A stretch of 64,000 nucleotides of DNA from a virus (lineage: Duplodnaviria > Caudoviricetes), in the IMG/VR virus record IMGVR_UViG_2595698868_000001, positions 32,001 through 96,000 of that record, one strand, 5' to 3'. A model generated the notes under the pieces. That model was not told where the DNA came from. It ran no database searches and saw only the letters and a list, made by a program, of their open reading frames with translations. Made by a program: the position numbers and the translations under genes. Shown here one piece after another: positions 44,463-53,762 of this stretch (within the stretch, counting starts at the first letter, position 1; the number at the start of each line of letters is the position of its first letter).

Positions 44463-47400
44463 ATGGACACCCAACCGCTCAAGCTTAAGGTAGACTCAGG
44501 GCAAGCGCAGGCCGACTTGGCGGCGCTGGCCCGTTCGCTTGACTCGGCGGGTGTCGCGGCCCTCAAGACCGCGAAGAATTTCGAGACCGGCATGGCCGGC
44601 GTGTCCAAGGCCATCAATGGCTCCTTGGGCTCCATGGAGAAGTTCGCGAAGGTCGCGGGCCTCCTCTCCAAGATCAAGATGGACGGTTCGGGCGTCTCGG
44701 CGATCGGTGAGTTCGCCAAGGCGCTGAACCAAGTCGCGCGCGTCCGCGAGATCGAACAGTCGAAGCTGAACAGCTATCGCAAGTTCATCGAAGTCGGCGC
44801 TCAGGTCTCGAAGCTGCGCTTCGACGGCCAAGCCACCAACAGCATCCTCAAGTTCTCCCAGGCCCTGGACGCGGCGTCCAAGGCCCGCGCGATCACGCCC
44901 GCCAAGATGCAGTCGTGGGTCAAGTTTATCGAGATCGCCGCCCGCGCCAGCCAACTGCGCTTCTCGGGTAACGCGACCAGCAGCATCAAGCAGTTCGCCG
45001 AGGCTATGGACTCCATCGCCAAGGTGCGTGCGATCACGCCGGCGCGCGTGCAGTCGATCAAGAGCCTGTTCGAGGTGCTGGGCTCCGCGAAGGGTCTGGG
45101 CAACGCCGGCAAGCTGGCGGGTGACCTGAACAAGATCGCCGAGGCCGCCGGCCGGGCGTCGACCGCGCTGAATTCGATGCCGTCGAAGGTCCGCGCCGTT
45201 TCTCCGGGCTTCCAGGCTGCAACGAAGAACGCAGAGTCGCTCCACAAGGAAATCGCCAAGACGCCGGGTCATGCCGGCCGAGCCAGTAAGGGCTTGGGTG
45301 GTTTGATCGGTCGCCTGGGCGATCTGGGCGAGCGCTTCAAGCTGTCCTATCAGGCCGGCACGGCGTTCAGCGCCTTCTTCTCGGCCTTCACCTTCGGTCA
45401 GTTCCTGAAGAGCACCTACGACACCAACATCGCCCTGGCTAAGCTCCAGAAGGCGCTGCTGTTCTCGACCGGCACCTTTAAGGGCGCCCACGAAGCGATG
45501 GATCGCTTCGTCGGCACGTCGCTGGAACTCGGCCTGAATATCGAGAAGACGGCAGAAGCCTACGGCCGCTTCACTCTGTCGGCTAAGGCTTCGGGCATTG
45601 GCATCACGGACTCGGAAAAGATTTTCAAGTCCGTTGCAGGTACTCTTCAAGTCGTTGGCGCTAATTCTGAGCAAACTGAACTCGCGTTCTACGGGTTGAC
45701 TCAGATGATTCAAAAGGGGAAGGTCAGCGCCGAAGAGTTCAACCGCCAGATCGGCGAGCAAATTCCTGGTAATGCTGTTATTGGTGCTCGCGCGCTGAGC
45801 AAGCTCGAAGGTCGAGTTGTCTCTGTTGCTGAGTTCTTCAAGCGCATGTCTCTTGGTCAGATTATGTCGACCAAGTTTGTGCCGGCATATGCTGAGGCTC
45901 TGCAAGAAGAGTTTGGCGATCTATTGAAGGTTGCTCAACGACGTCCTGACGTTGCGCTGAATAAGCTGACCTCGGCCTTCACGATCTTCAAGAAGAGCGT
46001 GGGTGAAGCCGGCTTCATGGCTTCGCTGGGCCGCGAGTTTGGCCGCCTTACCGACAAGATCATCGTCACGAAGGATGGCCAGACGTCACTGACGCCGGCC
46101 GCGCAGCGTCTCGCCGATACCCTGGGCAAGAACCTCGCCAGCATGGTGCGCCTGCTGGGTAAGGGTCTGGAGTTCCTGGTCGAGAACCTGGATAGCGTCG
46201 TTGCCGCGATCAAGGGCCTCGCCGCTCTGAAGATCGGTGCGACCTTCATGGATTGGACCAAGAAGGCCAACGGCTTTGCAGGTAGCCTGATCCCGGTCAA
46301 GAATAACGTCGCCGAAGTCGCCAAGACCGAAGCGGCGATCGCCGGGGCCGGCGCAAATGCCGCGACGGCTGCTGCCGCTACTCAGGGCTCGACCATGGGC
46401 GGCCCGACTCTGTTCGCCTCGAAGGGCTCGAAGACCCAGACCTACGACAACCTGCGCAAGCAGGGCTACTCGCACGAGGATGCGACCTTCTATGGCTCGC
46501 TGCCCACCCGTGACAACGAGAAGTTCACGGCCCAGAGCGGCACGCTCATGGGGAATCCTGGGCAGCGCACGCAGCGCCAGTTTGGTCGCCGCGTCCAGAC
46601 CTACAACAACACCACCAATGGCCTGAGCGGTAATGCCGTGGCCTTCGGCATGCGCAACAACGCCGCAGCCGCAGCAGCTACCCAGACGGCCACTAAGGGT
46701 GCTGGAGCGATGGCGGCTGCCGCCAAGGGCGCGACTATGGCGTTCACGGGTCTGCGCGGCATTCTCAATGCTCTGCCCGGCATCGCCGTGGCCGCTGGCA
46801 TTGCCCTGGCGGTTTTCAGTGACAAGATCACCGGTGTGAAGACCGCCGCTGGCAACGATGTCCAGGTGGGTGATATCGCGAGCGGTGCGCTGGGCGCCGC
46901 TGGCAAGGACATCGGTAAGTGGTTCAACGATGCTGCGGTCGGCATCGGTGCATTGTTCGGAGTCTCCAAGGAAAAGGCAGGCGGCAAGTCGCTGGGCGAG
47001 TGGCTTGCCTGGATCGCAGCCAGCCTCATCACTTTGGGTAAGGTTCTGTTCTCGCTGGCGGATTCGCTGGGCAAGGTCATCGGCACGACGTTGGCGAGCA
47101 TCATCGGCGATGTGATTACTTTCGCACGGGTCACGGGTCGAGTGTTCAAGGGCGACTTCGCGGGCGCCAAGCAAATCGGTTCCGACTGGCAAAAGCAGAA
47201 GGAGACCAACGCCCAAAATACCGCCAACGATATCGTGGCTGGCACGCGCAACGCATTCAATGTGCAGGGCGTCTACAACGACATCATGTCCGGGGCCAAG
47301 GCGGCGGCTGATAACCGGAACGCCCAGGCCCAGACCGATGCTGCTGTCCAGGCTGAAAACGCTGACATCGAGCGCCAGATGGCCGCGCGTCAGCAGGCCT

Positions 47401-50400
47401 TCAAGGACCAGGAGGCGGCTGCTGAACTGGAAGCTCTGCGCAATCGCGCCAACCTCGGCAACCTGAGCGCACCTTCGTGGGACAGCGTCTTCCAGAAGTT
47501 CGCCGACGCCGGCAAGACCACGGCAGAAGCCGCTAAGACGTCTGCGGATGCGGCGTCGACGACGGCTGCCGCCGCGACGGTAGCGGCGAACGGCGTGACG
47601 ACGGCGGCTAAGGGTACGGCACCTACGCCTAAGAACCAGAACGTCGCCGGCGCCATTACGGACGCTGCGCGCGTCACGGGCGTTAGCGAAGAAGTTTTGA
47701 AGGCGATCGCTTACCGCGAGTCGGGCTTCAACCCCACGGCGGCGGCCAAGACTTCGTCGGCGCGTGGACTGTTCCAGTTCACCTACGACACCGCGCGCCA
47801 ATACGGCCTGACCAAGGCCAAGTCGGTTGCGGAGTACAAGGCTAACCCCGGCGACGCCTTCAATGCGCAGGCGTCTTCGCTGGCTGCGGGCCGTTACGCC
47901 CAAGCTAATGCGGCGGAAATTAAGAAGGCTTTCGGTCGCGATGCGACGGGCGGCGAAATCTACGCCTCGCACTTCATGGGCTCGGGCGGAGTGGTCGACC
48001 TGATCAAGGCTGTCCAGAAGACCCCGAACGCCAGCTTTGAAAAGCTCTTCCCGGCGGCGGCTAAGGCGAACGGATTCACGCAGGGTAAGACGGTTTCGCA
48101 GGTCTACAAGAACCTGACCGACACCGTCGGCGGTTCGGCCGGCACGAGCGCAGCCATCAATCCCCGCGCGGCGCTGGACGGTATTACCGAGGTCGAAGGC
48201 GAAACGCTGACGGCGAAGTACGAGAATCTGAACAAGCAGCTTGCGGCGATCACGTCGCAGGTCGACCCGGCGGCCGACGCGATCGGCGGCATGCAGGAAA
48301 TCCTGGTGCGCCTGTCTAAGCTGGGCGACGCGAACGCCAAGCTGGTCGAGCAGGGTGTGGCGAGCCAGTTCACGCCGGAAGTCCAGGCCTCCTTGCAGCG
48401 CCTGAAGGACAAGCTGACGCGCGACATCACGGATGCCGTCAATCCGTTCATTAAGGACGAGCGCACCGCCACGCAGGCGAACGAGATCACGAAGCTGCGC
48501 CTGAAGGGCATGCAGGACGAAGCTGAGTTCAAGGAGAAGCTGAACGGTCTCTACGAACAAGGCTACGACATCAGCAAGCTCGACACGCAGGAGAACCGCA
48601 ACCGCATGAAGGCGACCCGTCAGCAGACGGACGCCCTGGCTGCGCAACTCGAAGTCGTCAACGCCCTGAATGATGCTCAGCAAAAGCGCATCGAGCGTAC
48701 TGGCTCGGCCGCAGATATCGCCTTCGCGCGTGGCGTCAAGCTGCGTGATGGTCAGTCGCTCAACGACGCGATCAGCCAGATGTCGCCGGAAGAACTGGCG
48801 GCTCGCCGCAAGGCCGCGAACATCGCCGTGCAGACGCAGCGTGATGATGCCCTCTACAACGCTCAGGGCCAAATCCAGGAGATGGTGGCGACGGCAGGCC
48901 TGAAGGGTCGCGGCAAGTCGTTGCGCGACGACTATAAGTCCTTCCTGGAAGACATCAGCGGCCTGACTGACACCTCGCTGTCGCGTCTGGAGCAGCGTGC
49001 TGGACCGGAACTGGCGACCCTCGCCAAGAAGGCTGCCGAGATCAAGGACACCCTGGAAAACCCGCCGGGCTTCCAGCGTTGGGCTGACGGCCTGACGCCG
49101 CTGAAGGAGCGCCTGGAGGAAATTAAGGCTGGTTTCGCGGATGATCTGTCGAGCGCGATCACCGATGCCCTGTCGGGTGAAGACGTCGACTGGCGCGAAC
49201 TGGTTCATAACGCCTCGAAGCAAATGCTGAAGGCGCAGGTCGACAACCAGCTTGGCGGCTTGATCAACATGTTCACGGGCGGCCCGCAGGCGCAGGCCCA
49301 GCAAGTTGCCGGCGGCTTCCCTGGCATGCAAGGTGCGTCGGGCATGCAGCCGCAGCAGCAGCCGAACATTTTCCAACGGCTGTTTGGTACGCGTCCGGCG
49401 AATGGGCAGGTCAACACGGGCGTGGGCGCTGGAGTAGGCGGTGCCCAGGGCAACGCTGGCCCGAGTACGGGCGGCGGTTTCTTCGGCGGCCTGTTCCGTG
49501 GTCTCTTCGGCGGCGGCACTCCGCCCGCTTCTAGCCTTGCGCAGGCCCCTGGCCAGAACACGGGCTTCAGCAGCAGCATGCCCAGCATCTACGACTTCAA
49601 CGGTTCGCCGAGCGTGGCGCAGGCCGGTTGGGCGAACGGCACGGACCTGCAAGTCGCCGGCCCGACCGTGGACACGTCGTCGGGTCTGGGTCAGGCTTTG
49701 TCGTTCTTCGGCCTCTCGAACGCCGGCATCAAGTCTGAGACCGCGATGAGCGGTGCGTCGGCGTTCGGCGGCAATACGGCCGTGACGACGGGCATCGGCT
49801 CGATCAATGGCCCGACGGGCGCAGCGGACGCTATGAATTCGGCCAACATTTCGGTGTCGAACGCCCAGGTGTCGGCCCAGAACATGACGGTTCAGGCTCA
49901 AACGGTCAACCTGAGCGGCAACGTCGCAGGTGGCGGCGGAGCCGGTGGCGCGCCCGGCGTTGGTCCGGCTGGCGCTGCGTCGGCTACGGGAGGCCTGGGT
50001 GGAGGCGCCGGCGCAGGCGGTGGTGGAGCTAATCCGTTCAGCAGCGTCTTCGGTGGCGGCGCGGACCTGAGCAACCTGAACACCAATACGGTGTCGGTGA
50101 ACGACGCCATGTTGACGCCGTACATGGTTGATCAGACTGGCGGCCCCGGTTTCGTGCCGGCGGGCATGGGCATGCCTGACCTGAGCGGCATGACGCCGGC
50201 AGGCGGCGGCGGCATCACGGGCTGGCTCAGCAATACGTTTGGTAACATGGGTCAAATGGGTCAGCAGGTCGGTCAGCAGGTCATGGCCCTTGCTCCGTTC
50301 CTGCTGGCGAACCTGACCCGTCGCAAGGACAAGAACAAGGAACCCAAGAAGAACATCAACGGGGTGATCGGTGAGGCGCGCCCGGTTGAGGTTTCAGGTA

Positions 50401-50930
50401 CCCAAGTTTCGGCGCACGGCAACATCGCCGCCGACCTGATCAACATGGGCCTGAACGCTTTCACCGGCAACTTCGGCGCCGGCGGAGGCTGGAGCGTGGG
50501 TCAGACGTTCGGCAACATGGGCGCCTCGATGTCCAACGGCCTCGGCAACATGGGTGCGGGCTTCTCGCGCATGTTCGGCGGCGGGTTCTCGGAAGGCGGC
50601 TACACCGATAAGCCGGTCCACAAGATGGCCCTGGGCGGGTTCTCGTTCGCGAACGCTCCCCATTACTCGGAAGGCACGCCGAACACCTCGGGCGGCATGC
50701 CCGCGATCCTGCACCCGAACGAAGCGGTCATCCCGCTGTCGCGCGGGCGCTCGATCCCGGTCGAACTGCCGCAGGATCACGCCGGCCCCGGCATGACGAA
50801 CAACATCACCTCGCGCATCACGGTCGTAGCTCCGAATCCGGACGCGTTCCGCAAGTCGTCCGGCGCGATCACCCGTCAGCAGAATCGCGATCTGAAGCGC
50901 GCGGCCCTGCGCAATCTGAGCAACCGGTAA
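44463..50930 (+). CDS. tape measure protein with lytic transglycosylase domain
   Basis: 2155 aa, Ala-rich; QMIQKGKVSAEE tape motif; IAYRESGFNP..SSARGLFQF SLT motif. Confidence 0.92.
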   Translation: MDTQPLKLKVDSGQAQADLAALARSLDSAGVAALKTAKNFETGMAGVSKAINGSLGSMEKFAKVAGLLSKIKMDGSGVSAIGEFAKALNQVARVREIEQSKLNSYRKFIEVGAQVSKLRFDGQATNSILKFSQALDAASKARAITPAKMQSWVKFIEIAARASQLRFSGNATSSIKQFAEAMDSIAKVRAITPARVQSIKSLFEVLGSAKGLGNAGKLAGDLNKIAEAAGRASTALNSMPSKVRAVSPGFQAATKNAESLHKEIAKTPGHAGRASKGLGGLIGRLGDLGERFKLSYQAGTAFSAFFSAFTFGQFLKSTYDTNIALAKLQKALLFSTGTFKGAHEAMDRFVGTSLELGLNIEKTAEAYGRFTLSAKASGIGITDSEKIFKSVAGTLQVVGANSEQTELAFYGLTQMIQKGKVSAEEFNRQIGEQIPGNAVIGARALSKLEGRVVSVAEFFKRMSLGQIMSTKFVPAYAEALQEEFGDLLKVAQRRPDVALNKLTSAFTIFKKSVGEAGFMASLGREFGRLTDKIIVTKDGQTSLTPAAQRLADTLGKNLASMVRLLGKGLEFLVENLDSVVAAIKGLAALKIGATFMDWTKKANGFAGSLIPVKNNVAEVAKTEAAIAGAGANAATAAAATQGSTMGGPTLFASKGSKTQTYDNLRKQGYSHEDATFYGSLPTRDNEKFTAQSGTLMGNPGQRTQRQFGRRVQTYNNTTNGLSGNAVAFGMRNNAAAAAATQTATKGAGAMAAAAKGATMAFTGLRGILNALPGIAVAAGIALAVFSDKITGVKTAAGNDVQVGDIASGALGAAGKDIGKWFNDAAVGIGALFGVSKEKAGGKSLGEWLAWIAASLITLGKVLFSLADSLGKVIGTTLASIIGDVITFARVTGRVFKGDFAGAKQIGSDWQKQKETNAQNTANDIVAGTRNAFNVQGVYNDIMSGAKAAADNRNAQAQTDAAVQAENADIERQMAARQQAFKDQEAAAELEALRNRANLGNLSAPSWDSVFQKFADAGKTTAEAAKTSADAASTTAAAATVAANGVTTAAKGTAPTPKNQNVAGAITDAARVTGVSEEVLKAIAYRESGFNPTAAAKTSSARGLFQFTYDTARQYGLTKAKSVAEYKANPGDAFNAQASSLAAGRYAQANAAEIKKAFGRDATGGEIYASHFMGSGGVVDLIKAVQKTPNASFEKLFPAAAKANGFTQGKTVSQVYKNLTDTVGGSAGTSAAINPRAALDGITEVEGETLTAKYENLNKQLAAITSQVDPAADAIGGMQEILVRLSKLGDANAKLVEQGVASQFTPEVQASLQRLKDKLTRDITDAVNPFIKDERTATQANEITKLRLKGMQDEAEFKEKLNGLYEQGYDISKLDTQENRNRMKATRQQTDALAAQLEVVNALNDAQQKRIERTGSAADIAFARGVKLRDGQSLNDAISQMSPEELAARRKAANIAVQTQRDDALYNAQGQIQEMVATAGLKGRGKSLRDDYKSFLEDISGLTDTSLSRLEQRAGPELATLAKKAAEIKDTLENPPGFQRWADGLTPLKERLEEIKAGFADDLSSAITDALSGEDVDWRELVHNASKQMLKAQVDNQLGGLINMFTGGPQAQAQQVAGGFPGMQGASGMQPQQQPNIFQRLFGTRPANGQVNTGVGAGVGGAQGNAGPSTGGGFFGGLFRGLFGGGTPPASSLAQAPGQNTGFSSSMPSIYDFNGSPSVAQAGWANGTDLQVAGPTVDTSSGLGQALSFFGLSNAGIKSETAMSGASAFGGNTAVTTGIGSINGPTGAADAMNSANISVSNAQVSAQNMTVQAQTVNLSGNVAGGGGAGGAPGVGPAGAASATGGLGGGAGAGGGGANPFSSVFGGGADLSNLNTNTVSVNDAMLTPYMVDQTGGPGFVPAGMGMPDLSGMTPAGGGGITGWLSNTFGNMGQMGQQVGQQVMALAPFLLANLTRRKDKNKEPKKNINGVIGEARPVEVSGTQVSAHGNIAADLINMGLNAFTGNFGAGGGWSVGQTFGNMGASMSNGLGNMGAGFSRMFGGGFSEGGYTDKPVHKMALGGFSFANAPHYSEGTPNTSGGMPAILHPNEAVIPLSRGRSIPVELPQDHAGPGMTNNITSRITVVAPNPDAFRKSSGAITRQQNRDLKRAALRNLSNR

Positions 50931-51064
50931 CAGCCAACAAGGCTGTCACCGGCGTGCCAGGAATCTTGACGCTCCAGGCGTTTCGTGACACTCAGATAGT
51001 CCCCCGTTAACCACGTCGGCGAAAGCCGGCGCGCCCCTTCACGCACAACGAGTTAACCCCCAGC

Positions 51065-51712
51065 ATGCCCGCTTTCCACGAGGTTCTGTTCCCTACGGAC
51101 ATCTCCTATGGCAGCCAGGGCGGTCCGAAGTTCAAGACGACCGTCTTCATGGCAGACTCCGGCTATGAGCAGCGCAATATCGACTGGCGGTCGACGCGCG
51201 CCGAGTATGATGTCAGCCACGGCATCAAGCGTCTGGATCAGATGCACGAACTGACGGCGTTCTTCTACGCCCGCATGGGCCGCGCCTATGGCTTCCGGTT
51301 CAAGGATTTCAACGACTATCATCTCCAGGCTGAAACGATCGCGATCGGGGATGGAACGAAGAAGGCGTTCCAGATCGTCAAGACCTATACGAGCTTCCAG
51401 TCGGAATCCGGCGAGACCTACAGCCACACCCGCAACATCACCAAGATCGCCTGGGGGACGCTGACCCAGGTCACTGTCGGCCTCGCGGCGCAAACGCCGG
51501 ACGTCGACTATTCGGTCGACGAGAACACGGGCGTCATCACGTTCGTCGATCCTCCACCCGAAGGCGCGCCGATCAAGATCGGTTACTGCGAATTCCACGT
51601 GCCGGTCCGTTTCGATACCGACCATCTCGATTCCGTCCACGACTTCTGGAACACGCAATCATGGTCCTCGATCCCGCTGGTCGAGGTTCGTGATTGGGGG
51701 AACCTGTTCTAA
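51065..51712 (+). CDS. distal tail protein (DUF2460, GTA-like)
   Basis: FHEVLFP..ISYGS.GGP.F.T, FF.AR.GR..GFRFKD, F.VPVRFDTD. Confidence 0.9.
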   Translation: MPAFHEVLFPTDISYGSQGGPKFKTTVFMADSGYEQRNIDWRSTRAEYDVSHGIKRLDQMHELTAFFYARMGRAYGFRFKDFNDYHLQAETIAIGDGTKKAFQIVKTYTSFQSESGETYSHTRNITKIAWGTLTQVTVGLAAQTPDVDYSVDENTGVITFVDPPPEGAPIKIGYCEFHVPVRFDTDHLDSVHDFWNTQSWSSIPLVEVRDWGNLF

Positions 51713-53340
51713 TGAAGAACCTGACCCCGGCCCTTCAACAGCATCTGCAAAGCGGCGTCACGACGATCTGCACCTGCATGGAGATCATCCGGCGCGACCA
51801 GAAGTCCTACCATTTCACCGACAACGATCAGGTCGTGCGTGTCGCCAACGTCGATTACGTGCCGTACGCCTCGTTCGCTCGAACCTCGATCTCCACTTCT
51901 CTCGATCTCGAAGTCGACGGCATGGAGATCAAGGGCATTTTGAATTCGAACTACATCTCCCGTGACGATGTCGCCGGCGGCGTGTTCGACTTCGCTGAGG
52001 TGCGTGTCTTCGTCGTCAACTACATGGACCCGGATGGCGGGCAGGCCGTGCTGCGTGTTGGCTGGCTCGGCGAAGTGACCATGAACGAGGACGGCACGTT
52101 CAACGCCGAGCTTCGCGGTCTTAGCCAAGTCTACGCTTACCGAATCGGCGAGGCCTACGCGCCCGAGTGCCGCGCGGACCTGGGCGATCGCCGCTGCAAG
52201 CTCGCCCTGGCGCCGCCGCGCTGGCTGCCGAACTACGCTTACAAGCGCGGCGACACCGTGCTGGGGGCGATCAATCCGGCGAACGCTTACGTCAACCTGT
52301 CGCTGGTCAATCCGTCGTTCGACGATGAAGCGGCGGTTACCCTGACCCGCAATGTCGAGGGCTGGACGACCTATGGTGACGCCAAGGGGCGTTGGACGAT
52401 CCGTCAGGACCCCTGGTACAACACCAAGGCCCAGGACAGCTACGCCATTTACAACACCGACAACGGCGACCGCGATACGTCGGACCTGGGGCTCTATCAG
52501 GACGTCAATATCGTCGAGCAAGGCGTTGACGCCTACGAGATCGATACGGGCCTCTGCCGGCTCTATGCGACGTTCAAGACGGCGTGCGTCAACGGGCGCG
52601 AGGCCGGCACGCGCGTACGCATCTACTGCTACGACGAAAACCACAACCCGATCGGACCGACGACGCTCTATGACACGGGCCTTCAGAAGACCGCTGAAGA
52701 TCGTTGGTTCACTCAGATTTGCGACAACGTCCTGATTCCGCCGGGCACCCGCATCCTGCGCTTCGATCTCTTCGCCCACAAGCGCGCGCGCTACGAGGAA
52801 GGCGCCGGCTTCGACACGGTTACGGCCGCGATCAATACGCCTGATGGCGACTTCGCGGGTTCGGATCAGTTCGGTGACGTGGCCTTCATGGCGATGAATC
52901 CGGGCCATACTGGCGATACCGAGCCGGCTTGGAGCAATCTGATCGGCAGTGAAGTCATCGACAACGAGATCACCTGGAAGGCGATCAAGCTGTGGCGCGT
53001 CACCACCTATGTCGACGGCGTCGTTTCTCCGAACAAGCTGCGTCCGACCTACGTGTTCGACGCGGACGGCTACTATGATGGCGGCTTGATCCGCTGGGAG
53101 ACCGGGAAGAACGCCGGCCGCGCCCAGGAGATCAAGTTCTGGAAGGACGGCGTCCTGACGCTGTTCCAGCGCCCCTATCACGTGCCTCAGGAAGGGGACC
53201 GGTTCGTCCTGCATCCCGGCTGCGACAAGCGCCGCGCGACCTGCAAGACGAAGTTCGGCAACATCCTGAACTTCCGAGGCGAGCCCGATGTGCCGGGCCA
53301 GGACTCCTACTACAGCGGACCGGACGCTCCGACCTCGTAA
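51712..53340 (+). CDS. baseplate hub protein (DUF2163/BR0599) with inserted domain
   Basis: FTDND, CRADLGD.RC, GCDK...TC..KFGN..NFRGEP.VPG. Confidence 0.9.
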   Translation: MKNLTPALQQHLQSGVTTICTCMEIIRRDQKSYHFTDNDQVVRVANVDYVPYASFARTSISTSLDLEVDGMEIKGILNSNYISRDDVAGGVFDFAEVRVFVVNYMDPDGGQAVLRVGWLGEVTMNEDGTFNAELRGLSQVYAYRIGEAYAPECRADLGDRRCKLALAPPRWLPNYAYKRGDTVLGAINPANAYVNLSLVNPSFDDEAAVTLTRNVEGWTTYGDAKGRWTIRQDPWYNTKAQDSYAIYNTDNGDRDTSDLGLYQDVNIVEQGVDAYEIDTGLCRLYATFKTACVNGREAGTRVRIYCYDENHNPIGPTTLYDTGLQKTAEDRWFTQICDNVLIPPGTRILRFDLFAHKRARYEEGAGFDTVTAAINTPDGDFAGSDQFGDVAFMAMNPGHTGDTEPAWSNLIGSEVIDNEITWKAIKLWRVTTYVDGVVSPNKLRPTYVFDADGYYDGGLIRWETGKNAGRAQEIKFWKDGVLTLFQRPYHVPQEGDRFVLHPGCDKRRATCKTKFGNILNFRGEPDVPGQDSYYSGPDAPTS

Positions 53341-53762
53341 TGCTGCGCTCTGAAATCGTCTTCGAAGCTCGACGCTACCTTGAACGCCCCACGCGCTGGA
53401 CGCACATGGGGCGCACGATCACCGGTGTCGATTGCATCGGGTTGGTCTGCGGCGTTGCTGATCGTTTCCAGATTCAGTACGACGACATCAGCGGCTATTC
53501 GCGCAACCCGGATGGCCGTTTCGTTGACCACGTCAAGAAGTTCATGGTCTTGCGCGAGCCGCAGACCGTGGCGCCCGGCTGCGCGGTGATCTTCCGCGAC
53601 AATTACCAGCCTTGCCACATCGGGATCATCTCCGAGAAGTACGGTCGGCACTATCTCATCCACTCCTCTTTGGCGAAGCGCTGTGTCGTCGAGGAGGAAT
53701 ACGACCAATTCTGGCAAAAGCGCTTCCGCTGCGCTCTCGATTTCCCTGGCGTGGAGGACTAA
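53340..53762 (+). CDS. NlpC/P60 tail peptidase
   Basis: H.GR...GVDCIGL, HIGI, IHS. Confidence 0.9.
   Translation: MLRSEIVFEARRYLERPTRWTHMGRTITGVDCIGLVCGVADRFQIQYDDISGYSRNPDGRFVDHVKKFMVLREPQTVAPGCAVIFRDNYQPCHIGIISEKYGRHYLIHSSLAKRCVVEEEYDQFWQKRFRCALDFPGVED

Noticed and set aside
45600-45960. AT-richer patch inside the tape measure gene
   Set aside because: The reading frame and tape-measure motif are continuous; no intron or intein signature was seen.
46086-50255. Very long minus-strand ORFs (e.g. 1389 aa here, 13296..15821, 20128..22491, 34344..36149, 41524..43503)
   Set aside because: They are antisense shadows of GC-rich, codon-biased plus-strand genes and lack recognisable motifs.
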